A stretch of 64,000 bases of DNA from a virus (lineage: Duplodnaviria; Caudoviricetes). The translations under genes and the position numbers were made by a program. Below the pieces are notes generated by a model. The model saw only the letters and a list, made by a program, of their open reading frames with translations. It had not been told where the DNA came from and did no database searches. Location: the IMG/VR virus record IMGVR_UViG_3300038318_000521, positions 830 to 64,829 of that record. One strand, given 5' to 3'. Below, piece after piece: positions 1 to 7,611 of the stretch (its first letter is position 1; every line of letters begins with the position of its first letter).

Positions 1-1560
1 TTGACGAGCCAACACACATCAAAGGAAAATTCAGTTCGCTTACTAGCAAGGTCAAGCAACTCGCAGGAGGTGGCAAAGATGATTGAGGATTTCAAGAAGG
101 GGTGGCGTTTAGCCATAGCCGGAAAAGATAGATTACCGAAGATGCTGGGAGAAGAAGCGGGACGTATGGTGAGTTATATCGTAACAGGAAAGCCTCCCAA
201 ACCCAAAGAACCCGAACCGGTGGAACCTGCCCCGCGCAAATTGTTTAAGCCTGGTGTATTATTCGGCTATTGGAAAGGCAAGCCCATCCACTTTAAGCCC
301 ACGGATCATCGCCATAAGATTGTTCTGGGTGCGACAGGAACAGGCAAAACTGTCTGGGCCAAAAATTTGGTCATCAGTCGCCCTGGGATTGCTTACATGG
401 ACAATGCAGATGGCTTGGCAGCAGAAGAAATATTGCGATCATTGCCAGAAGAACGCCTTTCAAAAACCGTTTTTCTAGACCATTTCGACAAGCGTTTTCC
501 ACTCCCGATAGGTTTCATTTCGCCAGCGACAGATGTTTTCTCACAGGATGCTGTCACTGCTCAGATGGTAGACTTTTTCGAAACCAACTTTGGAGTCGAA
601 GGTCAATACATGACAACTGAGTTGATTAGCTATGCCTGTAAAGCGGTAATGGCTCTGGAAGGCTCCACGTTGCTCGATGTGGTCAAGACGGTTAGCGACC
701 CAGAGTATCGTCAATCGGTGCTCGTACGGCTGGGCAGAGAGCACCAGGATACACTTAATTGGTGGGATAGGTTCGACGGGCTAAGCCAGGCAAAGCAAAA
801 CCAAGTTGCAGAATCTTTTTTGCGGAGGGCAGGACTCCTATTTCGAGATCGCTTTTTGAAATACACGCTAGGCCATCCGCCTAAAAACCTTGATTATCGC
901 AAGTGGATAGACGAAGGATACACTGTAATAATCAGAGCGCCAGCAAGCCTGGGTAAGCTCACGGTAAGGGTTATTATGGCCATCCATGCTATTAATTTCT
1001 GGAGCGCAACGTTATCCAGGGAGAACGTACCTATAAGCAAGCGAACACCCTTTCTATTGGTTACCGATGAACCTCAATCTTGGCTTTCTCGTAATGAAGA
1101 TGCATTGGACGACATTTTTAGTAAGGCGCGCAAATATGGTTTCGGCATGGTCTGCCTGTTTCAATCCTTTAAGCAAATATCTAAAGAATCGCCGGCTCTA
1201 CTACGCATTATGCTTGATAATCAACCGGACTTAATTGTATTTGGTACGTCAAAGGAACAGGTAGATCTCCCATACAACCCAGAAGAATTGCGGAAATATC
1301 ACTTTATCGGGAAGGTAGGAGACGTTGAGCCGTTCGTGGCTAAAGCCCCAGGTTTGCCGGAAGTAGTTAGCCAAAGTATAAAGTTCTTCATAGATGGGCA
1401 AAAAAACCACTTTAACCACCACTGGCAGGACATAGAAAATACCATAGCAAAGGGGGGATATGATTGCGCCCCACAGATGTATGGGTTAACCGCTACGTCA
1501 CACCTAGACTCACCATTCGGGACAAAGAGATCATCCGGTTCGTACACAATTATCGAATAG
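1..1560 (+). CDS. VirD4/TraD/HerA-like P-loop ATPase (coupling-protein-like); possibly 5'-truncated by the window edge
   Basis: Walker A GATGTGKT, Walker B LLVTDEPQ, ARKYG and QSFKQ motifs typical of T4CP/HerA-FtsK ATPases. Confidence 0.75.
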   Translation: MTSQHTSKENSVRLLARSSNSQEVAKMIEDFKKGWRLAIAGKDRLPKMLGEEAGRMVSYIVTGKPPKPKEPEPVEPAPRKLFKPGVLFGYWKGKPIHFKPTDHRHKIVLGATGTGKTVWAKNLVISRPGIAYMDNADGLAAEEILRSLPEERLSKTVFLDHFDKRFPLPIGFISPATDVFSQDAVTAQMVDFFETNFGVEGQYMTTELISYACKAVMALEGSTLLDVVKTVSDPEYRQSVLVRLGREHQDTLNWWDRFDGLSQAKQNQVAESFLRRAGLLFRDRFLKYTLGHPPKNLDYRKWIDEGYTVIIRAPASLGKLTVRVIMAIHAINFWSATLSRENVPISKRTPFLLVTDEPQSWLSRNEDALDDIFSKARKYGFGMVCLFQSFKQISKESPALLRIMLDNQPDLIVFGTSKEQVDLPYNPEELRKYHFIGKVGDVEPFVAKAPGLPEVVSQSIKFFIDGQKNHFNHHWQDIENTIAKGGYDCAPQMYGLTATSHLDSPFGTKRSSGSYTIIE

Positions 1561-2111
1561 TGACAAGTGAACAACTGGCTCGATTCTTCTGGCCGTATTG
1601 TTCAAACGCTCAGAGATTATGCAACCGGAGACTTCAAATTCTAGTTCAACTGAGATGCTTGGATAGGTATTACCCCCTTGTGCACCCAGGCAAGGCACAC
1701 CAACACTTAGTCTTGGACACTGCCGGGGCCAAGGTGCTCAGCCTTGAACGCTGGCGCAAGATACCTGCCCTATCTTTAACGTATCGGCACCAAGTGCTAG
1801 TGACTGAGTTTGCTATTAGAGCCGGGGAATACGGCCTGAGAGGTGGTGATGTTGAATATCCTCTGGGCCCGGTTAGAGCAGACTTGTACTACCCGGTTAA
1901 GAATTTAGCCGTAGAAATAGATACTGGCAGCACGTCACGCAAACAACTGATCAGCAAGGCCCAACGTTATCGCAGGGTTGGGGTTGATCAGGTGGTGATG
2001 GTGACAGAAGGCTCCAATGACAGACTAAAGACGTTTTTAAGTACGCTGGGGCATGGCGTGGGGGCACATTTTGACCAACTCGACAAGCTACTGCAATCAA
2101 TAACACGTTGA
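1464..2111 (+). CDS. Replication-relaxation (Replic_Relax-like) protein
   Basis: N-terminal wHTH-like LTxRD..II......R.VTSEQL; conserved His (HQVLV); PD-(D/E)xK-like RADL...AVEIDTG; directly follows the ATPase. Confidence 0.7.
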   Translation: MRPTDVWVNRYVTPRLTIRDKEIIRFVHNYRIVTSEQLARFFWPYCSNAQRLCNRRLQILVQLRCLDRYYPLVHPGKAHQHLVLDTAGAKVLSLERWRKIPALSLTYRHQVLVTEFAIRAGEYGLRGGDVEYPLGPVRADLYYPVKNLAVEIDTGSTSRKQLISKAQRYRRVGVDQVVMVTEGSNDRLKTFLSTLGHGVGAHFDQLDKLLQSITR

Positions 2112-2199
2112 ATACTTTGGGTGGGTTTGGGAATTATAAGAAGGGATCTTTTGGCAGTACATTGAATCGGGTAACAAAAGTGAAAAGGAGTGATGATTT

Positions 2200-2679
2200 G
2201 TGAAAAGAAATATGGTTTTTGCTCTACTAATTGTGTTGGTGACATCGGCAATCGCTTATGCGGGGGTTCCTACGATTCCCTCTGTAGCAGACACAAAGCG
2301 GTTAGCCATGGAATACTACGAACAAAATGATTGGATGAACGCCGTTGAACGCCTGTCACTCTGGGAAACGGAAGCACATATGATTGCCACCCTGACATTA
2401 GCTGCGACTAAGCCTGGTGCCAGCCCCACTGCTTTGAGGGAACTTCCCACACCGCAACTTGCAGTAATGGCTGATTATAGCGAGCTATCGCAGAAGTATT
2501 CTAAGGAGAGGAACGAAGCTGTTTTCTTACAAGCTCAATGCTACTACAATTTGGGCGAACATAAGCAAGCGACCGAATGCCTAGAAAGATTATTCGAACT
2601 GGTAAGTTATCGCCAGTGGGAGTTATGGACCGAAGGAAGGAAGCTCCTTGGTGTGATTTTGGGGCTAGGAATTGAATAA
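2200..2679 (+). CDS. Secreted TPR-like helical protein
   Basis: Signal peptide MKRNMVFALLIVLVTSAIAYA; TPR-like segment AVFLQAQCYYNLGEHKQATECLERL. Confidence 0.55.
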   Translation: MKRNMVFALLIVLVTSAIAYAGVPTIPSVADTKRLAMEYYEQNDWMNAVERLSLWETEAHMIATLTLAATKPGASPTALRELPTPQLAVMADYSELSQKYSKERNEAVFLQAQCYYNLGEHKQATECLERLFELVSYRQWELWTEGRKLLGVILGLGIE

Positions 2680-2691
2680 AAAACATATGCA

Positions 2692-2726
2692 AAGAACCGC
2701 CCAGGCTCTCAACTCGGGCGGTTCTT
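2692..2726. terminator. Intrinsic terminator hairpin between convergent genes
   Basis: 11-bp inverted repeat aagaaccgccc / gggcggttctt. Confidence 0.75.
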
Positions 2727-2760
2727 CTAGAGCGACATTCATAATCCCAACTGTAGCTTA

Positions 2761-2934
2761 TCAGTCTTTTGAATCTTCCGCAAGCTCCTTTTTCCCCTGC
2801 AAAATCCCAGCATAAAACAGGCCAGCATCCGCTAAATAGCGACTAACGTTCCCGCCATACAGTTCTTTGGCAGCTTGTTCGATGATCTGATACATACCCT
2901 CTTCAATGGTGACGTTCAGTCTTTTAGAGGCCAT
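2761..2934 (-). CDS. Small ribbon-helix-helix (CopG/Arc-like) protein, 57 aa, not in the ORF track
   Basis: Manual translation MASKRLNVTIEEGMYQIIEQAAKELYGGNVSRYLADAG...; RBS GGAAGGAGAG; strand-helix-helix pattern. Confidence 0.65.
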   Translation of the reverse strand: MASKRLNVTIEEGMYQIIEQAAKELYGGNVSRYLADAGLFYAGILQGKKELAEDSKD

Positions 2935-3221
2935 AATGGATCAATCTCTCCTTCCCAATCCTGAGCCATGACCCCCTGCTTGACACCTAGTCGTCCCTGC
3001 AAGTCAGTTGCTACCTCATACAAGGCCGTTCTGGTAGGAACTGGACCATTCTTTTTCGGATCAAGTACCGGGCTGTTCGGACCAAGGATGAACACCACAA
3101 ACTCCTCATATTGTATATCGGTACAATAGTGCCAGTAGGCCCTCCGCAAGAACTCCTTGTGTTCGCTAGGCATTTCCCCGATGTTATGCTCCTGCCCATC
3201 CGTTGTTTGGTAAATCTGCAT
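2916..3221 (-). CDS. Hypothetical protein
   Basis: RBS GAAAGGAG; overlaps the start of the RHH gene. Confidence 0.6.
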   Translation of the reverse strand: MQIYQTTDGQEHNIGEMPSEHKEFLRRAYWHYCTDIQYEEFVVFILGPNSPVLDPKKNGPVPTRTALYEVATDLQGRLGVKQGVMAQDWEGEIDPLWPLKD

Positions 3222-3268
3222 TCAAACCGCTCCTTTCTATGAGAGAGGGGAGGGTGGGATTCCCCTCT

Positions 3269-3574
3269 CTAGATGAACGTTACTTCTGTGTCACCGACTT
3301 CCAGGAACATCGCTTCCTGTCTGAGCACCGCCTTCATCTTCTCCAACCAGTTTTTCAAATCTTTTAGTTGGTGTTCTTCCAAAACTACGGTGTATTCAAA
3401 GTTTTGTTCCTGGTAGACTTTGCCGTCTCCGTCCATCCATCCTCCATGGACCGAACGAACCGTGTAGCCTCCGTATGTTTCCAGAATGTTCCGTTGAATC
3501 TCTAGGATGGTAGTTTTCGGAAACGTCCTGCCTTCGTTATCTTGTTTTGGGATTGTGAATGTTGCTCTTTTCAT
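3269..3574 (-). CDS. Hypothetical protein, DUF3574/PII-like fold candidate
   Basis: YGGYT....GGW..DG.VY.E and LRQEAMFLE pattern; RBS GGAGGT. Confidence 0.5.
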   Translation of the reverse strand: MKRATFTIPKQDNEGRTFPKTTILEIQRNILETYGGYTVRSVHGGWMDGDGKVYQEQNFEYTVVLEEHQLKDLKNWLEKMKAVLRQEAMFLEVGDTEVTFI

Positions 3575-3611
3575 TTTGCTTACCTCCTTGTTTGTCCCAC
3601 CCTCTGACTAT

Positions 3612-3640
3612 AGTATACATCTTATACGATGTATTGTCAA
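3612..3640 (-). promoter_or_regulatory. Sigma70/SigA promoter with an internal palindromic operator
   Basis: TTGACA-17 nt-TATACT with TG just upstream of the -10; 7-bp inverted repeat atacatc-N6-gatgtat at 3615-3634. Confidence 0.8.
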
Positions 3641-3673
3641 GCGTTTTGGAGAAAATAATGCGGGATTTTAAGT

Positions 3674-3702
3674 AAAAAAACCCCCACCGGGGAGGTGAGG
3701 GT
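3674..3702 (-). terminator. Intrinsic terminator
   Basis: Minus-strand ACCCTCACC-loop-GGTGGGGGT followed by a T run. Confidence 0.75.
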
Positions 3703-3802
3703 CATTCCCTGGGCGGCCACTCGCGTCACCGTCCGTGCTCAGTGTAACATAATTCGATCTAAAATGCAAAGTTTCAAGAAGGGAATTGAACGCATTCACC
3801 GT

Positions 3803-4171
3803 CTACTCCCACTCGATGCCGTGCTTGTCGAGAAACTCAGCCGGTTCGCTATACTCGGCAGTGTCGCCCGCCTCGATGTCTTTCAAAAACGCCTTGACCA
3901 CCAGGTCGATGTCCTTGACTAGGTACACGTCGTCTGCTTTTTCTTCGGAGTCGTCCGTAAAAGTGCCGGACTGTAGCGCACGCTTTCTCGCTTCGCTTAC
4001 CATCTGTTCGTAGGTCATTTTCACTTCATTTTCCTCCCTTTGATTTTCCCTCATGTAGTCGAGCATAGCCCGCCTCAAAACCTCAGTCTGGTTGGTATAG
4101 TTGGCCTCGCAAGCCCTCTCGAAATTTGCCTTTAATTGCTTTGGTACCCGGAAATTCATATGGGTGCTCAT
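3803..4171 (-). CDS. RHH DNA-binding protein with an antitoxin-like acidic C-terminal part
   Basis: Start reassigned to MSTHMNFRVPKQLKANFERACE after RBS AAGGAGG; RHH pattern; internal in-frame RBS AGGGAGG before VKMTYEQ. Confidence 0.6.
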   Translation of the reverse strand: MSTHMNFRVPKQLKANFERACEANYTNQTEVLRRAMLDYMRENQREENEVKMTYEQMVSEARKRALQSGTFTDDSEEKADDVYLVKDIDLVVKAFLKDIEAGDTAEYSEPAEFLDKHGIEWE

Positions 4172-4221
4172 GGTCTGCCTCCTTTGTGCCGGGTTTAGCC
4201 GCCCGGTTCGGCATAAGGTGG

Positions 4222-4566
4222 TTAAATTCCCATGTCTCTGGCGTACTCGAATCGTTTTTGCCATCTCTTGCTCATGTAGTTGTCGAAATCGTGTAGGCCA
4301 TAGCTAGAGCACTGGATGTTGTGCAGGTCGTGTGTAGTCGTGATGCTCATATCCGCGTAGGCTTGTTCGTTGAACTGGTATCCCCGCACTTGTCCGTCAA
4401 TATAAGCACTAAGCTGATTTGTGGTGTATTTGTCGTATCCTAGTGAGTAAAGGTTTTCAAAAAAGCTGGCCATCGATCTCGCTTCTGCCGCCGTCTGCCA
4501 TCCCATTACTTTCGCGTTGTCTAATCTGCGCCACTTGTTTACTTTTACCTCTTGCCACAGTTCCAT
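4222..4566 (-). CDS. Hypothetical protein
   Basis: RBS GAGGGGG; first gene after the 4612-4643 promoter. Confidence 0.55.
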   Translation of the reverse strand: MELWQEVKVNKWRRLDNAKVMGWQTAAEARSMASFFENLYSLGYDKYTTNQLSAYIDGQVRGYQFNEQAYADMSITTTHDLHNIQCSSYGLHDFDNYMSKRWQKRFEYARDMGI

Positions 4567-4611
4567 GAGTTAGCCCCCTCGTTTTGGTTTCCGTTCCCTT
4601 AACTTGTCTTA

Positions 4612-4643
4612 AGCATATCATCTTGTGTTGACACTGTCAACAC
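4612..4643 (-). promoter_or_regulatory. Sigma70/SigA promoter with a perfect palindrome over the -35
   Basis: TTGACA-17 nt-TATGCT; 9-bp inverted repeat gtgttgaca-c-tgtcaacac at 4625-4643. Confidence 0.7.
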
Positions 4644-4772
4644 TAAACAGCAACTATTTTTTTATTTCTCAAGTTATTTTCTTGTGGCAAACCCCCAGCT
4701 AGGCGAGGCGCACAGACGGCCGCAGAGAGGCGCAAAAAACTTCCGAGGGTGATTGTACCTGTTTTTGGGCAC

Positions 4773-4801
4773 AAAAAAAGACCCCGATCCGAAGACCGGG
4801 G
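4773..4801 (-). terminator. Terminator ending the late (structural/lysis) transcript
   Basis: CCCCGGTC-TTCG-GATCGGGG followed by TCTTTTTTT. Confidence 0.85.
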
Positions 4802-4869
4802 ATAAAATGTCCCACCGTGGTCCGCATAGTCAAAAAGGCCAGAGGCGTGGTGGGTTCTGTTACTTTCTA

Positions 4870-5307
4870 TTATAGTGTATTCGCAAGTAAAAGTATAGTC
4901 GCTGCTATTCCCGCTCCACCTAAAAGCAAATAGGCCTTATCAAAAACGGTGGGCTTGTTATTCTCATACACAAACTTCAAATCTTCGATCTGTCTTTCCT
5001 GGAGTTCGATGATTTTATCTTTTTCGGCAAGTAACTGACCAACCAAAGAGCGCTCTTCTTGGAGGGCTGTGTTCAGCGCGTCTACTTGCGACAACAGCCG
5101 AGTATTTTCGCTTTGAAGTTCTTGAATGTAGTTGGCCAAGGCTATGATGTTTTCATCGCTAAGAAAATACCCGCCATCTACTTTTTCGATGTTGGTTAAC
5201 TCATTTGCGTTTACGGAGAATGTCATCAAGAAACTTAGCAGCATCGTCAGGATTATCAAAAGGATTTGTTCCTTCGCCCTCCTGGGCCTTCTTAATGGCT
5301 TCATCAT
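4870..5307 (-). CDS. Spanin-like envelope protein (signal peptide, coiled coil, C-terminal TM)
   Basis: Basic n-region, hydrophobic core, VNA cleavage site, heptad coiled coil, C-terminal LLLGGAGIAATILLLA; overlaps the upstream gene by 107 nt; no lipobox Cys. Confidence 0.45.
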   Translation of the reverse strand: MMKPLRRPRRAKEQILLIILTMLLSFLMTFSVNANELTNIEKVDGGYFLSDENIIALANYIQELQSENTRLLSQVDALNTALQEERSLVGQLLAEKDKIIELQERQIEDLKFVYENNKPTVFDKAYLLLGGAGIAATILLLANTL

Positions 5308-5497
5308 GATCAGCTTTCACCCCCTCGTAATCTTCTAGAGAATCGGCAGCATTTTCTTTGACCTGTTCGATTTCTTTGTCGCGCTCTTTGATTTCTTTTT
5401 CCTTTTCCTTTATCCATCTTGGCTTTTGTCCTAGAGCTAGCATGCCAACAAGGGCAAGGATAATCACCCAAGCCCATTCTTTGAGTTTCTTCCACAT
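5201..5497 (-). CDS. i-spanin (Rz)-like protein
   Basis: Single N-terminal TM plus charged coiled coil, directly after the endolysin. Confidence 0.45.
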   Translation of the reverse strand: MWKKLKEWAWVIILALVGMLALGQKPRWIKEKEKEIKERDKEIEQVKENAADSLEDYEGVKADHDEAIKKAQEGEGTNPFDNPDDAAKFLDDILRKRK

Positions 5498-5509
5498 TGG
5501 AGTCCCTCC

Positions 5510-6040
5510 TTATTTGGTTAGATCGAATTGCTCATCAGGATCGTAATCATGACCAGTTGCCATCATTTTAACCAACCGTCTACTTCGGGTTTTGACTTCC
5601 CAATACCACTTACTATCTTTCATTTCCTCGGCTGCGTTAAAATACGCCCCTACTTCGAGATGTTTGATCATTCTCCTAAACCCTTTTAGACCGTCCATTC
5701 CTAGATTCAATCGCATGTCCACAATAATCTTTTGGCGAATCGGGTTTAAGTATTTGAACCAAAAGAATTGTTTAACGTCTTTAGTACAGACCGCTATATC
5801 GTTATCTAACATATATAAGGCTTCGTCTTTGGTTATTCCCCGTTCTTCGAGGATATAGATCACTTGGTCTTTATTCAGATCTTTGAGCCCTAAGATACGG
5901 TTTTGTTCCTCCGGATATAGTCCCGCCGCTTCGAGATTACGACCTACTCCGATTGTCTTCTTGCCTGCCGTACAAGGGTATACCCTCAATCGCAACCCTT
6001 CGTGCAGAATCAATTGTTCTTTGAGGCTATGCTTCACCAT
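5510..6040 (-). CDS. Endolysin, T4-lysozyme-like (GH24) muramidase without a cell-wall-binding domain
   Basis: Catalytic triad E-X8-C-X5-T in HEGLRLRVYPCTAGKKTIGVGRNL; AAEEMKDSKW motif. Confidence 0.85.
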   Translation of the reverse strand: MVKHSLKEQLILHEGLRLRVYPCTAGKKTIGVGRNLEAAGLYPEEQNRILGLKDLNKDQVIYILEERGITKDEALYMLDNDIAVCTKDVKQFFWFKYLNPIRQKIIVDMRLNLGMDGLKGFRRMIKHLEVGAYFNAAEEMKDSKWYWEVKTRSRRLVKMMATGHDYDPDEQFDLTK

Positions 6041-6075
6041 CCCTGTCCACCTCCAAATTCCCTATTCCACGCCCC

Positions 6076-6483
6076 TCACTTGCTATCAACCTCTTTCAGT
6101 TGTTCTAACGCTTTTTTTAGCGGGCCAGGCAGTGGAACGCCCATCTTACCCAAGTTCTCCATGACAGAAATTCCTTCGTTCCCTACATACCAGAAGATTG
6201 TTGCCGTTTGCACTAATGGCGTAGCGGATCCAACTACCCTATCAACCAAGGTGGCTAGTGCAACTAAGACAAAAATCCCAACTTTACGTGGGATTCCCTT
6301 TTTACCTACTTTGCTATTGGTTTTGCCCGTCTTTGACGATGCAAGTATGCCCGTGATAATATCAAATGTCACAACGGCAACTAGGATCTTTAGTGACATG
6401 GACCACTCCCAAAACAAAAACGAGAATAACGAACCACCCAGCGCAAAGAGCATTTTTAAAGCGTTTACATCAGTTTTTTCCAC
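6076..6483 (-). CDS. Holin (phage holin family 4 / toxin-secretion type)
   Basis: DIITG..AS...NSKVGKKGI.RK and NEGISVMENLGKMGVPLP signatures; TM segments. Confidence 0.85.
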   Translation of the reverse strand: MEKTDVNALKMLFALGGSLFSFLFWEWSMSLKILVAVVTFDIITGILASSKTGKTNSKVGKKGIPRKVGIFVLVALATLVDRVVGSATPLVQTATIFWYVGNEGISVMENLGKMGVPLPGPLKKALEQLKEVDSK

Positions 6484-6490
6484 CTTTCCA

Positions 6491-6787
6491 TCAACCCCCT
6501 AACAGTTTGAGTAGCACAACAGCTAACCCACCAATAACTCCCCCCAAAACTGTTGCCCAAAAGTCCAACCATTCTGGAGTGCCCCTTTTCCACCACCAAT
6601 CCCAGACAATCTCTTTGACCGCTCCAGCAAGTGCTGCCACGAACAAACCAAAGCCCACAGCACCCATCATCACGAATACCTTTAACCAACTCCACGACAG
6701 CCAAACCACAAGCGGGTATACAAAAAGCCCCGCCAATAGTGACAGGGCTAGTCCAGCCAGCAAATGCAGTTGTTTGTCCTTTTGCAT
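6491..6787 (-). CDS. Small integral membrane protein (DKxxH, VanZ/YfiM-like)
   Basis: DKQLH, KE..WD and D..AT.LGG motifs; three hydrophobic segments. Confidence 0.55.
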   Translation of the reverse strand: MQKDKQLHLLAGLALSLLAGLFVYPLVVWLSWSWLKVFVMMGAVGFGLFVAALAGAVKEIVWDWWWKRGTPEWLDFWATVLGGVIGGLAVVLLKLLGG

Positions 6788-6804
6788 GGTTCACACCCTT
6801 CTTT

Positions 6805-7611
6805 TTACAGTTCGAATAATTCTTCCCGAACCTCATATTTTTCCAGACCTACCAAGCCATGAAAGATCTCGGGAACCTCTGGATGAATAATGATGTTCTC
6901 AGATCGGCGTTGGTATTGGGTAGCCTGTAGTTTACTGAAATATCCCTTTCTTTGTTCGTGTTTGGTCGCGAAAAACTCTGCGTGATTCTTGGCTTGTAGC
7001 ATTCTATCTTGCACGAACAAGTCTTTTAGGTGATGTCTCAAAACATTTGAATCGTACTCCGGAGGTAGGTTGTGGCTTGTGAATCCATCTCTGTTTTGGG
7101 GCAGTCCCTCAAAACGAAAACAATCGCCCCCCCACATGGACCGAATCATCGGAGAGTTTCGAAAGATCCGAATGTTTCGGTAAGTATACGTGTCTTGCCT
7201 TTCCCAGCCGAAAATCGTGGTGATGGGTTGTCGTAGAGCGTTATATCCCATGTAGTGAGCCATCTCGATTTCTGCCAGGGTAGCTTCGTATAAACGAGGG
7301 TGGAAGTATTCATCCGCTTGAATTTCTATAATCCAATCATAGCCCACACATTCGTTTTGAAGCAGGCTTTCTAACGCTTCGTCAATCGTCTCCCAGAATT
7401 GGCTTTTTTGATGGGGAATCTGAGTAACCACAATCTTTGGCCAGCGTTTTTCCATGCGCTTTAAGACTTCTAACGTTCCATCCGTTGATCCACCATCATT
7501 GACAAATAAAACATCTACCAACGGCAATGTTGTAATCAGCGCTTCGACAAATGGGTATTGAGCAGACAAAACGTTATGGAACGGGCAAATGCCCGCAACC
7601 TTAATTCCCAT
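6805..7611 (-). CDS. GT-A fold glycosyltransferase (family 2-like)
   Basis: VNDGGSTDGTLEVL and WIIEIQADE (DXD-like) motifs; ATG chosen after RBS GAGGGG. Confidence 0.85.
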   Translation of the reverse strand: MGIKVAGICPFHNVLSAQYPFVEALITTLPLVDVLFVNDGGSTDGTLEVLKRMEKRWPKIVVTQIPHQKSQFWETIDEALESLLQNECVGYDWIIEIQADEYFHPRLYEATLAEIEMAHYMGYNALRQPITTIFGWERQDTYTYRNIRIFRNSPMIRSMWGGDCFRFEGLPQNRDGFTSHNLPPEYDSNVLRHHLKDLFVQDRMLQAKNHAEFFATKHEQRKGYFSKLQATQYQRRSENIIIHPEVPEIFHGLVGLEKYEVREELFEL

